Assembly: GCA_010356995.1 (NCBI GenBank)
Contig: ML996694.1
Location: 247,224-311,223, forward strand
Source of the DNA: Trichodelitschia bisporula
Lineage: Eukaryota
Length of the DNA: 64,000 nt
Reading direction: 5' to 3'
Shown here: piece by piece, positions 12,515 to 23,744 of the stretch
How the letters are laid out: each line of letters starts with the position of its first letter
How positions within the stretch are numbered: position 1 is the first letter of the stretch
Made by a program: the position numbers and the translations under genes
The notes under the pieces: model-generated
What the model was told of the DNA's origin: nothing
What the model saw: only the letters and a program-made list of their open reading frames with translations
The model's database searches: none

Positions 12515-15346
12515 ATGCCCTCCACCGCCCCCGCCGACGACGACCCCGAAACGCCCATGGTGCTCGCCCGCCCGCGCCGCGCCAACGCCGGCTCCCACAT
12601 GTCCAAGCTCCTCGCCCTCGCCGAAGCCGAAGACGCCGAGCAGGCCGCCGCCTACGGCGAAATCTTCGCCGAAGCCCCGGATGATATCGAGTTCACGGCT
12701 GAGGGCGCCGACGACGGCGATGTCAGCCTGAGCAGCAGCAGCAGCGAGGACGAGAATGCGGGCGAGGAAGATGAGGGTGAGCGGGCTTTGCGCCGCGAGG
12801 AGCGTGGTGCGGCGGGCAAGCGCAAGCGCGAGTCCCTGCTGCAGCAGGCGATGAAGCGTGCGCGGGCGAAGACGGCGGCCAAGGCGGCGAAGGCGGTCAG
12901 GCTGGCGGAGGATGCATCATCGGCCGGAGATACGGCAGCTGTGGGTACAGCGGGGACAGCGGAGCGTCCGCGGAAGCGCTCTGAGCGCGTGTCGTGGCTG
13001 CCGACGGCTGACGACGGTCCCACGCGCGCGTCCTCGCGTAAGCTGGCGCAGATGAACCGCGCGGCGACACACGAGCGACTGAAGGAGAAGGAACAGCATC
13101 GGCTGCGCACGGTGGCAATCATGAAGGCGGCAGAGCAGCGAAAAGAGGGGACAAAAGCGAAGGTGCTCACACAGGCGGACCGGTTGGCCGCCGCCGCCGC
13201 GACAGAGCGACAAAATGCAAAGAGTTTGAATAAATGGGAAGAGACGGAACGGAGGCGCGTGGAGGAGCAGCGGGCACGGCTGGCGGCGCTGAAAAATCGG
13301 AAGCTTGAGGGGCCGGTCATCACGTATTGGAGTGGGCAGGCGGTTTGGCGGGGGGATACGCTCGTGTGGGTTGGCAAGCCTAGGGAAGAGAAGAAGACGG
13401 CTGCGAAAGGGCCGGGTATTTTGTGCGACAACAATAGCGCCCCGCCGACGCGGGAGGGGTCTCCCGCGGTGACATTGCAGGATCAGGCAAGCAAGAAGCC
13501 GGATGAGGAACTTCAGGGGGAGAAGAACGAGCAGCCATCCTCAACAACTCCCGTTCATTCGGAGAGCAACACGATCGACAAGGAGCCCAGCAACAACACC
13601 ATCAAAGTGGCTAAGCCCAATGCTACTACACCGAGCAACGACACCAAAGACGCCAACTCGCAGGCTACCACCCAAAGCACATCCGACGAAGCCACCATCG
13701 TCGTCCAACCCCTGAAGCGCCCCGCGTCACCTCCCGCTCCCAGATCAACCCTCCCTTCACAGCCTCCAGTCACTCAACCCTCCGCTCCGCCCAATCAAAC
13801 CTCCGCTCCGCCCAATCAAACCTCCGCTCCCCTCCCTCAACCCTCCGCCCCGCTCCCCACTAAACCCTCTGCTCCACCCTCTCAACCCTCCGCTCCACCC
13901 TCTCAACCCTCCATCCCGACCAGCACCCAAATCTCCTCCCCACCCACTCAACCCGCTCCCAAACCCCAAACCCTCGGCGAAATCCTCACCGCCCAGGCCA
14001 AATCAAACCCATCCGCAGACGACCACGATCACCCCATGCTCGATGCGCCCAGCCCCACAAAACCCGAGTCGTCGGCTGAGGAGGGCCCGTTTCTCGCCGG
14101 CATCATGCAGTGGGCGAATACCCCGGCGGGGCAACAGTCTTCGGGTGCGGTTCCGGCTTCGGCTTCGGCTTCGGTTTCGGTTCCGGCTTCGGTTTTGGTT
14201 TCGGCTTCGGCCCCGGCTTCGGCACCGGTTCCGGGCTCAAACTGGACCTCGATTCCGGCTTCTCCTTCAGCCCCCTGGCTCCCATCGGGTCCCCCGCCCG
14301 TACTGCCCGGCTGGCCCGCAGACCTCGAACCCCGTCACCAATTCCAAGTCTCTACCCGGGTTACTCCAGAAGAGCGCACAAGACTCGAAGCCCTATGGCA
14401 AGCGCAACAGCCCCCACGCCAACACCCACAAGTCCAAAACCGCATCCCCACCCCACCCCCCACCATCCCCCACCCCGTATCCACACATCCCGCCCCCCTC
14501 ACGAAATCCTCCTCTTCCGAATCCTCCTCCTCCGAACCCCAAACCACAACCGCAACCTACATCCTCCTCACCCTCCCCCCCCCCAACTCCACCACCGGCA
14601 CCCCAACCGAGCAACACACCCGCGACCGCGCCTCCCTCCTGCGCACCCTCCTCTCCTGGCCCGCGTCCGTGCCCACCACTGCGCCCTCCGCCCGCGCCAA
14701 GCTGGCCGCGCAGAAGAAAACGCCCTGCGTTGTCACTGGCGATCCGGCGCGATATGTCGATCCCCGCACCGGGCTCGCGTATAGGGATGCCAAGGCCTTG
14801 GCTGTGCTGAGGAAGGTTACTATGGGTGGATATCGCTGGTTGAATGGCGTGGGGGGCGGGATTTGGGTTGCGGTTCCGAGGGTCGAGGTCCCCGCTGACA
14901 CGACTGCGGGCGCTGGTTCTGGCAACGCGGTGGCCGGGGTGGGCGGTGTGAGGCCCGCACGGGGTGTGCCGGAAGGTTTCTGGAATCCGGATGCGGTTAA
15001 GCCGGCGCCTGCTTCGTTGTCCACGCCTGCTGATCCTGCGCCTGGGGGCCCGGCTCCGTCGTCTGCAACGCATTCCACTCCTGCTGTCGCGGGGCGCAAT
15101 CCAGCATCTGCTCCGCCTGCTCCGCCCGCGTCAGCTGCGCCAAAGGCCTCGGCGCTCGATGCCTCGTCTGTAAGCGTTGCGCCTGCGGCCCCGTGCGTGC
15201 CGCCCGGCTCTGGGAGGGGGAGTCCGGTGGTTTCGGTTGTTATTCCTGTTTCGCGCGAGGGGGTGGGAAGAGCTGAGGTGGAGGGTTCTGGACAGGGTGC
15301 GCCTGCGGGGGTGGGGGAGAGGCCGGATGTGAGCATGGAGGGGTAG
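12515..15346 (+). CDS. VPS72: SWR1 complex subunit Vps72/Swc2/YL1
   Basis: N-terminal YL1 motifs (RPRRANAGSHMSKLL, LTQADRL..A..TE..N..SL) and YL1_C (CVVTGDPARYVDPRTGLAY), separated by a long Pro/Ser-rich linker. ATG at 12515. Confidence 0.85.
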   Translation: MPSTAPADDDPETPMVLARPRRANAGSHMSKLLALAEAEDAEQAAAYGEIFAEAPDDIEFTAEGADDGDVSLSSSSSEDENAGEEDEGERALRREERGAAGKRKRESLLQQAMKRARAKTAAKAAKAVRLAEDASSAGDTAAVGTAGTAERPRKRSERVSWLPTADDGPTRASSRKLAQMNRAATHERLKEKEQHRLRTVAIMKAAEQRKEGTKAKVLTQADRLAAAAATERQNAKSLNKWEETERRRVEEQRARLAALKNRKLEGPVITYWSGQAVWRGDTLVWVGKPREEKKTAAKGPGILCDNNSAPPTREGSPAVTLQDQASKKPDEELQGEKNEQPSSTTPVHSESNTIDKEPSNNTIKVAKPNATTPSNDTKDANSQATTQSTSDEATIVVQPLKRPASPPAPRSTLPSQPPVTQPSAPPNQTSAPPNQTSAPLPQPSAPLPTKPSAPPSQPSAPPSQPSIPTSTQISSPPTQPAPKPQTLGEILTAQAKSNPSADDHDHPMLDAPSPTKPESSAEEGPFLAGIMQWANTPAGQQSSGAVPASASASVSVPASVLVSASAPASAPVPGSNWTSIPASPSAPWLPSGPPPVLPGWPADLEPRHQFQVSTRVTPEERTRLEALWQAQQPPRQHPQVQNRIPTPPPTIPHPVSTHPAPLTKSSSSESSSSEPQTTTATYILLTLPPPNSTTGTPTEQHTRDRASLLRTLLSWPASVPTTAPSARAKLAAQKKTPCVVTGDPARYVDPRTGLAYRDAKALAVLRKVTMGGYRWLNGVGGGIWVAVPRVEVPADTTAGAGSGNAVAGVGGVRPARGVPEGFWNPDAVKPAPASLSTPADPAPGGPAPSSATHSTPAVAGRNPASAPPAPPASAAPKASALDASSVSVAPAAPCVPPGSGRGSPVVSVVIPVSREGVGRAEVEGSGQGAPAGVGERPDVSMEG
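13770..13955 (+). repeat. Coding tandem repeat of ~21 bp (QPSAPPx) inside VPS72
   Basis: Repeated caaccctccgctcc(g/a)ccc units. Confidence 0.8.
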
Positions 15347-15814
15347 GCGGGGTGGGATTGAATGGCTGCGTTGGGTTGTTGCTCCGATGGATGTGCGAAG
15401 ACACGGGCGTTCACTTCGCCCCCAGGTCACGTGGCCGATAACTGGTCTGTGCGAGTTTCAGCCTTATTGCATGTCACTGCACGTCGACCGGTCTGCGACG
15501 ACAATGTGACCACGGCGAGTGGTTGACAATTGGCTCAACTTGGCATGCGGGTGCGTCTGGATGTAGACAGTGCTCTCCTAACAAGTTGGTCAAATTCCTT
15601 GCTCTGCTGCGTGCGTGTGCATTCTGACCTTGAGATCAGCCCACTTTGACTTTTTTTTGCCTGACGATCATCATACACTCACCGGTTGCGGGATCTCAGA
15701 TGGCGCCGCGACTGTCCGCGCGCTGCATTCCGAGCCTCATGCGCTCCGAGTGCAATGCCTCATCCGCGCCATGCCAACGCATACCTCATGCACAACAACT
15801 CAACGCATGCTTCC

Positions 15815-16000
15815 TGCGCACCTGCCCAGCTCTTGCCTCATGCGCACCTGCCCAGCTCATTCCACATGCACACCTGCCCAGCTCTTGCCTCATGCACGTT
15901 GTCCCAGCTCTTGCCTCATGCACGTTGTCCCAGCTCTTGCCTCATGCACGTTGTCCCAGCTCTTGCCTCATGCACGCTGTCCAAATCTTGCCTCTTGCAC
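15815..16000. repeat. 26-bp minisatellite, about 7 copies
   Basis: Unit cccagctcttgcctcatgcacgttgt, with several perfect central copies. Confidence 0.9.
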
Positions 16001-16214
16001 ACCGCTCCAGCGCATGCCCCATTTGCGTCAGCAGTATGGCCCGTCAACGCCAGGTGTGTCCCTCATTCACGCCAGCAGTATCCCTCATCCACGCCGGCAG
16101 TTATGGCCCGTTCGCGCCAGCAGTATGACGTGTCGAGTTGGTGGCGCAAGTGGACCCGTTCGCGGTGGTGGAGGTCGATCGGTTCGGGGTGATGCGGCTG
16201 AGGGTGGGAAGGTT

Positions 16215-16490
16215 GAGCGAGGTGATTGATGTGAGCGAGGTGGGCGAGATGGACGAGATGGACGAGATGGGTGAGGAAAGCGAGACGAGAGGTGAGCGAA
16301 GTGAGTGAAGATGGGCGCGATGGCGAGTGAGCGAGGTGAGCGAGGTGAGCGAAGTGAGCGAGGTGAGTGAGGATGGGTGAGGTTCATGCAGCTCTTCCGG
16401 TTTCTCAAGACATGATCGTGCGGCTCTTCCGGTTTCTCAAGACATGATCATGCGGCTCTTCAAGATATGATCGTGAGGCTTCTCAAGAAG
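16215..16490. repeat. GAGCGAGGT-type 9-bp repeats followed by a 32-bp tandem repeat
   Basis: (gagcgaggt)n at ~16215-16375; gctcttccggtttctcaagacatgatc(g/a)tgcg twice plus degenerate copies at 16391-16490. Confidence 0.8.
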
Positions 16491-18415
16491 ACGTGTACTG
16501 GCTCCCATTCATATATACGAAATCGGCCGTCTCTTCCCGCTTTTGGAAGGTCGGTGGCGCTGATTTGAACCTGGCGTTAAGGTGGCCTTGCTGCAGGTCT
16601 CCTCTTGCATGACATGCTGGCGGTGTCTTCGCTACCGAGGGTGCTCATAAGATGCACTTGGTGCATGGGTATGATGCATGCGGCGCAGGGACCGGCCTCA
16701 AGACGCCCCGCTTTGGTGACTGCTTCTGGAACCCAGATCCTGTCTGCTGCGGTGGACCACCTGGCAATCGCTGGACATGAGCTCACCGTGAGCAACTTGC
16801 AGGCATTGGACGAACCCGGCGAATGATCGGCTTCAGAATAATCCAATGGTAACGCCGGTATCCTGTCGGTGCATGCGGCGGCCTGAATGAAAACGGGAGA
16901 AAAGGCAATAGCTCAACAGACCCAAGCCCCATGCGCCGCGGCGGCGTACTGTACCACTAGGCAAGGTGGGCGGCACTCCTACGTAGTACGAGGTACGTTT
17001 TATGTGCTGTTTTTGGAACCATCCACAGATCAGATGTTGCGAGGGTGGAATAACATGTGGCAGCAGCGACCGGAGCAAACGCAGGCCCGTTCGTGTAACT
17101 GGCCCCCGCACTTTCACACTTGCAGATTCACATCAGTTCACATTGCACAATTCCCCCGCTGATAATTATCTAGAACACGAGCTTCCCGCTCCTCAAATAA
17201 TTAACTCCGTCTGTCGAGGGGTGAGTCAGCTCGCCTGCGGAATATGTCCGCTTTTAGCTGACAGATGGCACGCGGAGGTTGCTGGCTAGCGATTGAGCTG
17301 CAGCGGAGCGGGGTGGCCTGGGACGATGCATCGAAGCGGCACTTCCGTACCGAGTGCACCGCGGCAAGGCGCTTTCACATCGATTACTCGCCCCACCACG
17401 ACTGGCCTGGGTAGTCGCCTGCATGATACTCGACCCTAGGTTCTAGACTTGAATAAAGCGGACAGAAAAAGCTCCGCTCAGATATTGAACACGACGCTCT
17501 CATAGGGAAAACTATCGACGACTCGAACGAGCCGCCAGCCTTGCAGCCGCGTCGCGAGCCAAACCCAGGCCTGAGGCACGACAACCTGCGGGGCGGCAAC
17601 ACTGATACTCCGATACCCCGCAGTACCATGCTGCAGTCTTGCAATGACCTGGCAGCCAATCAACAAAACTCGTCGGACTCGGCTTTCAGCCTCGCCCTTG
17701 ACTTTCCCTTCTCCATCCCCCATCAACACCCCCACGCCTTCTCATCGTTCAAGTTCCTTCATGGTCGGCATACTCTCCTACAGAGCGCAAAAGGAACGGA
17801 GTTTGTCGAGGTTGGACTGTGACTGGCCGATATGTACTACACACGCGCAGCTTTTCTGAGAAGGATTGGTTAGCCCAATCCCGATTCTAGTCTTCGAGGT
17901 TGCTGATGTGCCGAGTTTAGACACACATCATTGAATTTGGCCATCTCGTTCGGTCATTCTGCGCTACCCTAGATATGTGCCAGTCTGCGCATTCTGGATA
18001 TCTCTCTGTTGCCTTCATAGCCCCTTTGGTTGCCTTCTTTTGGACCGAAGTATAAAGCCCACCACGCATGGCTAGGAAGTTCGAATACGGGCATGTGAGA
18101 CTTCACTACTGGCTTGCATTTCGAGCAGCTTGTAAGGGCCTCCGCTAAAGAGTTCAAGGTACTTTCTCCCTTTGAATGTTCCTGACGAGATGAATTCTGA
18201 CTTTGCTTAAGCTAGACCGACGTGTTCCGGGACAGAGAACTAGCAACAGCCCTTTTGCAAACCATCCCGGCACAATACCACTGCAGGACGCGAACTTCGT
18301 TGTGAGAATTCCTCCCGCAAATATTTTCTGGTCGGATGCTAATTGCTGCGGTAGCGCCTTGACCATTTACGATCAAGGCCTCCCCGTCCCACAAGCGCAA
18401 GCACAGATATACAAG

Positions 18416-18751
18416 ATGGGCAATCAAAAGAAATCAAGCCCGCTGACGAGGGAGAATCTCGATGCATTCAACTCCGGTACGAAAACGGACTGGAGCAAGG
18501 TGCCACCAGAACGTCCCAAGCGCGAGTCGACGACTGCTAGCGCTCAGAGGACCCTGTGCACCGAGTCGTCTTGCTCGCATATCTCTCTGGAGCTGGGGTG
18601 GCTTACATGCCCCCACCGACCCTTCACAGCAGTGGTGCGGCCTGGCGGAGCTAATGGAGCTGGGGAAGGAGTGGATGATATCGTGGCATCCCTGGAGGGG
18701 ACGATGCTGAATGACATGCAGGCGGAGCATGCTGCGCGCTGTGCTGTATAG
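18416..18751 (+). CDS. Possible small hypothetical protein (MGNQKKSSPLTRENL...)
   Basis: ATG in an aagATGg context within ORF 18203..18751. No recognisable domain. Confidence 0.3.
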   Translation: MGNQKKSSPLTRENLDAFNSGTKTDWSKVPPERPKRESTTASAQRTLCTESSCSHISLELGWLTCPHRPFTAVVRPGGANGAGEGVDDIVASLEGTMLNDMQAEHAARCAV

Positions 18752-19759
18752 GTGCGGCGGCTGGAAGGCTGGTTCGGAGGCGTGGGTGGGCAGTTCCAAA
18801 AGTCGATTCATTTGTCCCCTAATACTATTGCCTTCCTCTATATTCTAAAAGAATCAGTCTCATCAAACTGGCGACCTCTTTCAGTGCTCAACTGATGAGC
18901 GTCCCTCCAATCTGAGCTCCAAGGTACCTTAGCTTTGACTGTACTCTTGCCACAAACAAGCGGTGAGCAGGGAACAAGGCTTCAGGTGAATGCTCCGCGT
19001 CTAATGGGCTAAAGCATGGTGAGCGAGCGCCTCCCAGTGCAGCAAAGCAAAATTCCCACAGGAAACGTAAGGACAAGCATGACCGCCGGCGTACCTCTAT
19101 GCTCACAAGGCCGTTTGCGGCCATGAGCTGCATCCCGGCTCCTGTCATTTGCTGTAGTCCCTATAGCTGTGCCCCCTTGTCTATAATAACCTTCATCTTG
19201 GCGGTGACCGGTTAGCATCATTGTTGAACCCCCACACCTACACCCCCACTCTCCAACCGGCCTCTCAGCCCCGCACCTCGATCCGGCAAAGCCATCCCGG
19301 GGCCCAGGCCGGCGGCTCGTCGTCGCGGTCCGCCCCCCGCTAGCGCTATGACCTTCTCCACGACGTGGTGCGTTCAGCGTGTACGCTTTACCACTAGAAC
19401 TACTTGGTCACGGAATGCAGTCACCGTTCTCCTGACCGGCCTCAAACTCAACCGCTTCATGCGTGTCCGCAATCCCGCTGTATCCCACTTTCCACTGCAA
19501 GATATCTCACCTGTTTCCAGGATCCTAGCTGCACGGTCTGCGCTCGCGTGCAAGGTACAGCGAATGTGCAACGAGTTACGTCAGAAGCGGGAGCAAATTA
19601 TAACGCACAGACAACGCTGCAAGCGCCCGGCGCAGGGATGGCACTTTCTTTGAGTGGTGGACTCGAGTATGTACCTGCGCCGTACTTCGTAGTTGGTGGA
19701 GGAGTGCATGGTGGCTGCCAGGGGCCGCGCAACCTCGTTACTCACTTTTGTACTGTGCT

Positions 19760-19880
19760 CGCCTTGCTCCGTTGCTCCGTTGTTTCGCTGCTCAGTTGTT
19801 TCGGTGCTCCGTTGTTTCGTTGCTCCGTTGCTCCATTGTTTCATTATTGCGCTGTTCACATGTTCACATGTTCACATGTC
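19760..19880. repeat. Low-complexity tgctccgt/tgttcaca 8-bp repeats
   Basis: Visible 8-bp periodicity. Confidence 0.7.
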
Positions 19881-20025
19881 GTAGAGTTAATATCACGCAT
19901 TGTGAAGCACGTCTTTATACCGTATCGGACAAACTTCCGTTAACTGGTGGGCCCAATAGGTGGTCTCTCGGGTCTGTCCAACGGTGCGCCAAATCCTGGG
20001 ACAACGAGAAGATGTTACACAGCAT

Positions 20026-20248
20026 GCTTGGCTCGCCCGCCGTGGGGTCGATATGCTCGCGGAGCTGAAGCCTAGCTTGCCAGTCGTGGGGTGAATACGC
20101 CTCGCGGCCCCACGACCGAGCTTGCCTCTCGTGGGGTTAATACTCTCGCGACATGAAGCCTAATTTAGCTTGCCGTCGTGGGTTGACTGCGTTATACGTG
20201 AGAGATGTGCTGCTCCATTGGCCATAGCTTGGAATCTCGCGTGGGGGA
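20026..20248. repeat. Array of five ~45-55 bp degenerate units (AGCTTGCC-n-CGTGGGG)
   Basis: cgtggg(g) cores at 20041, 20085, 20130, 20177 and 20240, each preceded by (a)gcttg. Confidence 0.75.
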
Positions 20249-20315
20249 TTGTGGGGTGCCGTTGCGACTGGGGGGGCGGGATCGGCGGGCCGGTGCTGCC
20301 TTTGTGGCGTAGGAG

Positions 20316-20524
20316 CAAGGGCTGATCGAAAAGGTCATGTCCTCCCCCGCGACTACATAGACCTCCGCCCAGAGTCGGCAAGAGGGGAACATGACCTTTT
20401 CGGGTAACCCATGGGTGAAAATTTGTCGCCGTCCCCTGGAAAATTCTGGCTGCTTCTTGCTGGGTACTGTATGAAGCAAGGACTATTGGTGTGGGGGCGC
20501 AACGACTTTTTCACCCGGCCCTTG
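20316..20524. other. Double-hairpin structured element, related to the CEM1 intron element
   Basis: 14-bp perfect inverted repeat 20327-20340/20389-20402; gggtgaaaa/ttttcaccc at 20413/20508; closing caagggc/gcccttg at 20316/20518. Confidence 0.75.
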
Positions 20525-21165
20525 GGGAGGGGTAAGGCTGAGATGAGGTAAGCCGGGGGGCCGGGGGGCGTGGGGGCAACATTATAAAATGATGGGGTAG
20601 CGTGGGGCATTTGAGGAACCGTGAGGCGCTGAATGCGATGATGAGGCTTGTACTACGTAGGTCAGCCGTGAGCGGACTATGAGTAGATTAGAACTAGCCA
20701 TGGTGCGCTTCCATGTCTGCCGGGTGCCGCATTTCCGAGGAGAAGCGCACTACTAGGGTTCGCCGACCAAGGTCATTTTCAACTAACGACGGAATGGCCG
20801 CTATCGCAAGAGTAGGACAGCCTCGCAGCCTAACAGGACCATAATCGGAAGGACCAGCCTTCCTTTGGACTTTACCTCTCATAAGCCTCCGCGTGCGGCC
20901 TCTAGTAGCATGGCGGTCCTGCAAATGGACAGAAGGGTCCGGAGCCCATAGCTGAATTCGGTTAGCTGTAGGCCTTGTAGCCTAACATCCGCCTATGAAG
21001 TTGGCTTCGAGCTTATCTGGAGGCGCTTTGCACGAATGATACAATAGCCGACGAGGCTGAAATACTGGTTGACACCGAATCGGATGGGGCCAACAAGTCA
21101 ACTAACCCTCTAATCCCAAGCTACCGATGATCAGGCTAATTCACCGTTCCATCCAGAAAAAATCG

Positions 21166-21618
21166 CTAAAATCTCCTCTCCATCCCCTCGGCCTTCGGAC
21201 TCGTCTCCACAAACCCATGCCGCGCATACAATTTTTTCCCCTGCAGGTCCGCAATCAAGTTAACATACGCCCCTTCAGGCGCCTCCTCTTTGATATGATC
21301 AATCAAAGCATGCATGATCCAGTCGCCCAGACCACGCCGTTGATGCTCCGGTAAGATGGCAATGTCTACAATGTGGAAGTACCCTCCGCCATCACCGATG
21401 ATACGGCCCATACCAACGACCTTGTTACTGTCCAGGTGGAGGATATGTACCATGTACCAGGATCCAGCGAGGGCGAGTTCGGCCTGTGCGGCGGTGCGGG
21501 GCGTTAATCCGCAGCTAACGCGGAGGTGGAGGCACGCATCGATGCGAGGGGCCCGCGAGACGAGGATGTAACCCGGTACCGAAGAATCGGGCGCTATGGA
21601 ATCCTTTCGCTCATTCAT
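21166..21618 (-). CDS. GNAT-family N-acetyltransferase (intronless)
   Basis: VGMGRIIGDGG..FHIVDIAILPEHQRRGLG (acetyl-CoA motif A) and LYARHGF (motif B). Confidence 0.85.
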   Translation of the reverse strand: MNERKDSIAPDSSVPGYILVSRAPRIDACLHLRVSCGLTPRTAAQAELALAGSWYMVHILHLDSNKVVGMGRIIGDGGGYFHIVDIAILPEHQRRGLGDWIMHALIDHIKEEAPEGAYVNLIADLQGKKLYARHGFVETSPKAEGMERRF

Positions 21619-21887
21619 AGTAGCTTTGCAATTAACGTTCAAAATCTTTCCGTTTTTGGTTACCCGTTGTCCGTCAATTTAAGAGTTCGGGGCCTGACGT
21701 TCAAATCCCAGGGGTGGAGCGGACCCGCCTTGGCACCCTCAGCACGCAATCCCGCTCCGCTCAAACCCTTCCCCACTGGTAAGAAAGTGACGCAAGCGGG
21801 GTCTTCAGGGTTCAGGCCCTTGCCTCCGGTCTGAGCATTTTTATACTGCTTCCTTACATACACATATCGCCTTCTCCCCGCTCCACA

Positions 21888-23514
21888 ATGGCTTCTCCAG
21901 CGCGTACGCTGCTGCGCGGTCCCGCGCGGAGCTTGCTTGGCCGCGGACGCCACTTCGACTGGACGACAAGCGTCTGGTCCCGCTCTTCGACGCGTGGCGC
22001 TCACGGGACCGCGACAAGACGAAATATCAGCAACGAAGCCAGCGAGCCGAAGTCATCGAACCCGGCGCTCTCGTTCCCATGCCTAGACGCCGTAGAGTCG
22101 CGCTCAGCGAGTCTTCACCGGCGCTCGCTGACGGGCGGCCCGGAGCCGAGTTACACGAGCGGCAAGCACCAGACCTTCACATCCAAGGAGCCGATTCTCC
22201 TCGACTGGGGCGGCGTGTTACCGGAGTTTGATGTCGCGTACGAGACGTGGGGAGAACTGAATGCCAGCGCGTCCAATGCGATATTACTGCACACGGGGCT
22301 TTCAGCGTCGAGCCACGCACATAGCACGCCTGAGAACCCGCAGCCCGGGTGGTGGGAGAAGTTCATAGGGCCTGGATGTCCGCTCGACACCAGCAAGTAC
22401 TTCGTCATATGCACGAATGTGATTGGCGGGTGTTATGGGAGCACTGGGCCGGCGTCTGTTGATCCCGCGGATGGGGAGCGGTATGCGACGCGCTTTCCGA
22501 TATTGACTATGGATGATATGGTGCGCGCGCAGTTTCGGTTGCTGGATCACTTGGGGATTGGGCGGCTGTATGCGAGTGTTGGGTCGAGTATGGGTGGGAT
22601 GCAGTCGCTGACGGCTGGGGTATTGTTTCCGGATCGTGTCGGGAGGCTGGTGAGCATCAGTGGCTGTGCGAGGAGTCACCCATATAGCATTGCTATGCGG
22701 CATACGCAGCGTCAGGGTGCGTACCTTCTCTCTCTCCTTCTATTGTACTCTTGTGATGCTGCCGTATCTTTGACCTATCCGTTGACTCGCCGCAGTGCTC
22801 ATGAACGACCCCAACTGGAACCGCGGCTTCTACTACAACAGCATCCCACCGCATGCCGGCATGAAGCTTGCGCGCCAGATCGCGACAGTGACCTACCGCA
22901 GCGGCCCCGAATGGGAAGCGCGTTTCGGCCGCCGCCGCGCCGACGCCTCGAGACCGCCCGCCCTCTGCCCCGACTTCCTCATCGAGACCTACCTCGATCA
23001 CGCTGGCGAGAAGTGGTGCCTTGAGTACGACCCCAACAGTCTGCTCTACGTCTCCAAGGCCATGGATCTGTTCGACCTGGGTCTGGCACAGCGTCTGCGG
23101 ATCAACGCCTTGCGAGACAAGAACCACCATAAGCTCGCCTCCGCCGGTAATCCGAAAGTGAACGAAGAGTCCTCTGTTGTCTGCAACCTCAGGCTTCCGG
23201 ATGAGCCGTACCAGGAACAGGAAGACGATTTGGTCGCTGATATCGAGAGCCAAAAGGCGTCCTCCGCGCCGCCGCCGGATCTGGTCGCTGGCTTGCGGCC
23301 TTTGGTGAACACTCCGGCGCTGATTATGGGCGTGGCTAGCGATATCCTCTTCCCGGCGTGGCAGCAGCGCGAGATTGCAGATACGCTGCGGGCGGTTGGG
23401 AACCGCAATGTATCGCATGTGGAGCTGGGAGAGGAGCAGAGTTGGTTTGGGCATGATACTTTTTTGCTGGATTTGGAGAACGTGGGCGGCGGAGTGAAGA
23501 GGTTTTTGGGATGA
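21888..23514 (+). CDS. cysA: Mitochondrial MetX-family serine O-acyl(succinyl/acetyl)transferase, CysA/Cys2 type
   Basis: Presequence; [24 protein letters not shown], nucleophile [21 protein letters not shown]. Intron 22717-22795 joins the two ORFs. Confidence 0.85.
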
Positions 23515-23744
23515 AGACCTCCCGCAAGGGCGACGTTGTCCTTAGCGTTCTTGTACAGCTGATGGCGCTGAACCGGACATGGAATCATGTAAATACACAT
23601 GGTTGCGGTGAAGGATTTCACCTGTGCATCACTTTGGGGCTCGCACTTGCCTTCCGGTTCCTACAGATATCGTCGTCAAGTGCTTAGCGTCTCTACTCTC
23701 ATGTAACCCATACTCAGTAGCATTGAAAGCATTGGCTTCAATAC

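Noticed and set aside
15615..16229. Cys/His-rich repetitive ORFs
   Set aside because: Translation artefacts of the 26-bp minisatellite, which is open in all three frames.
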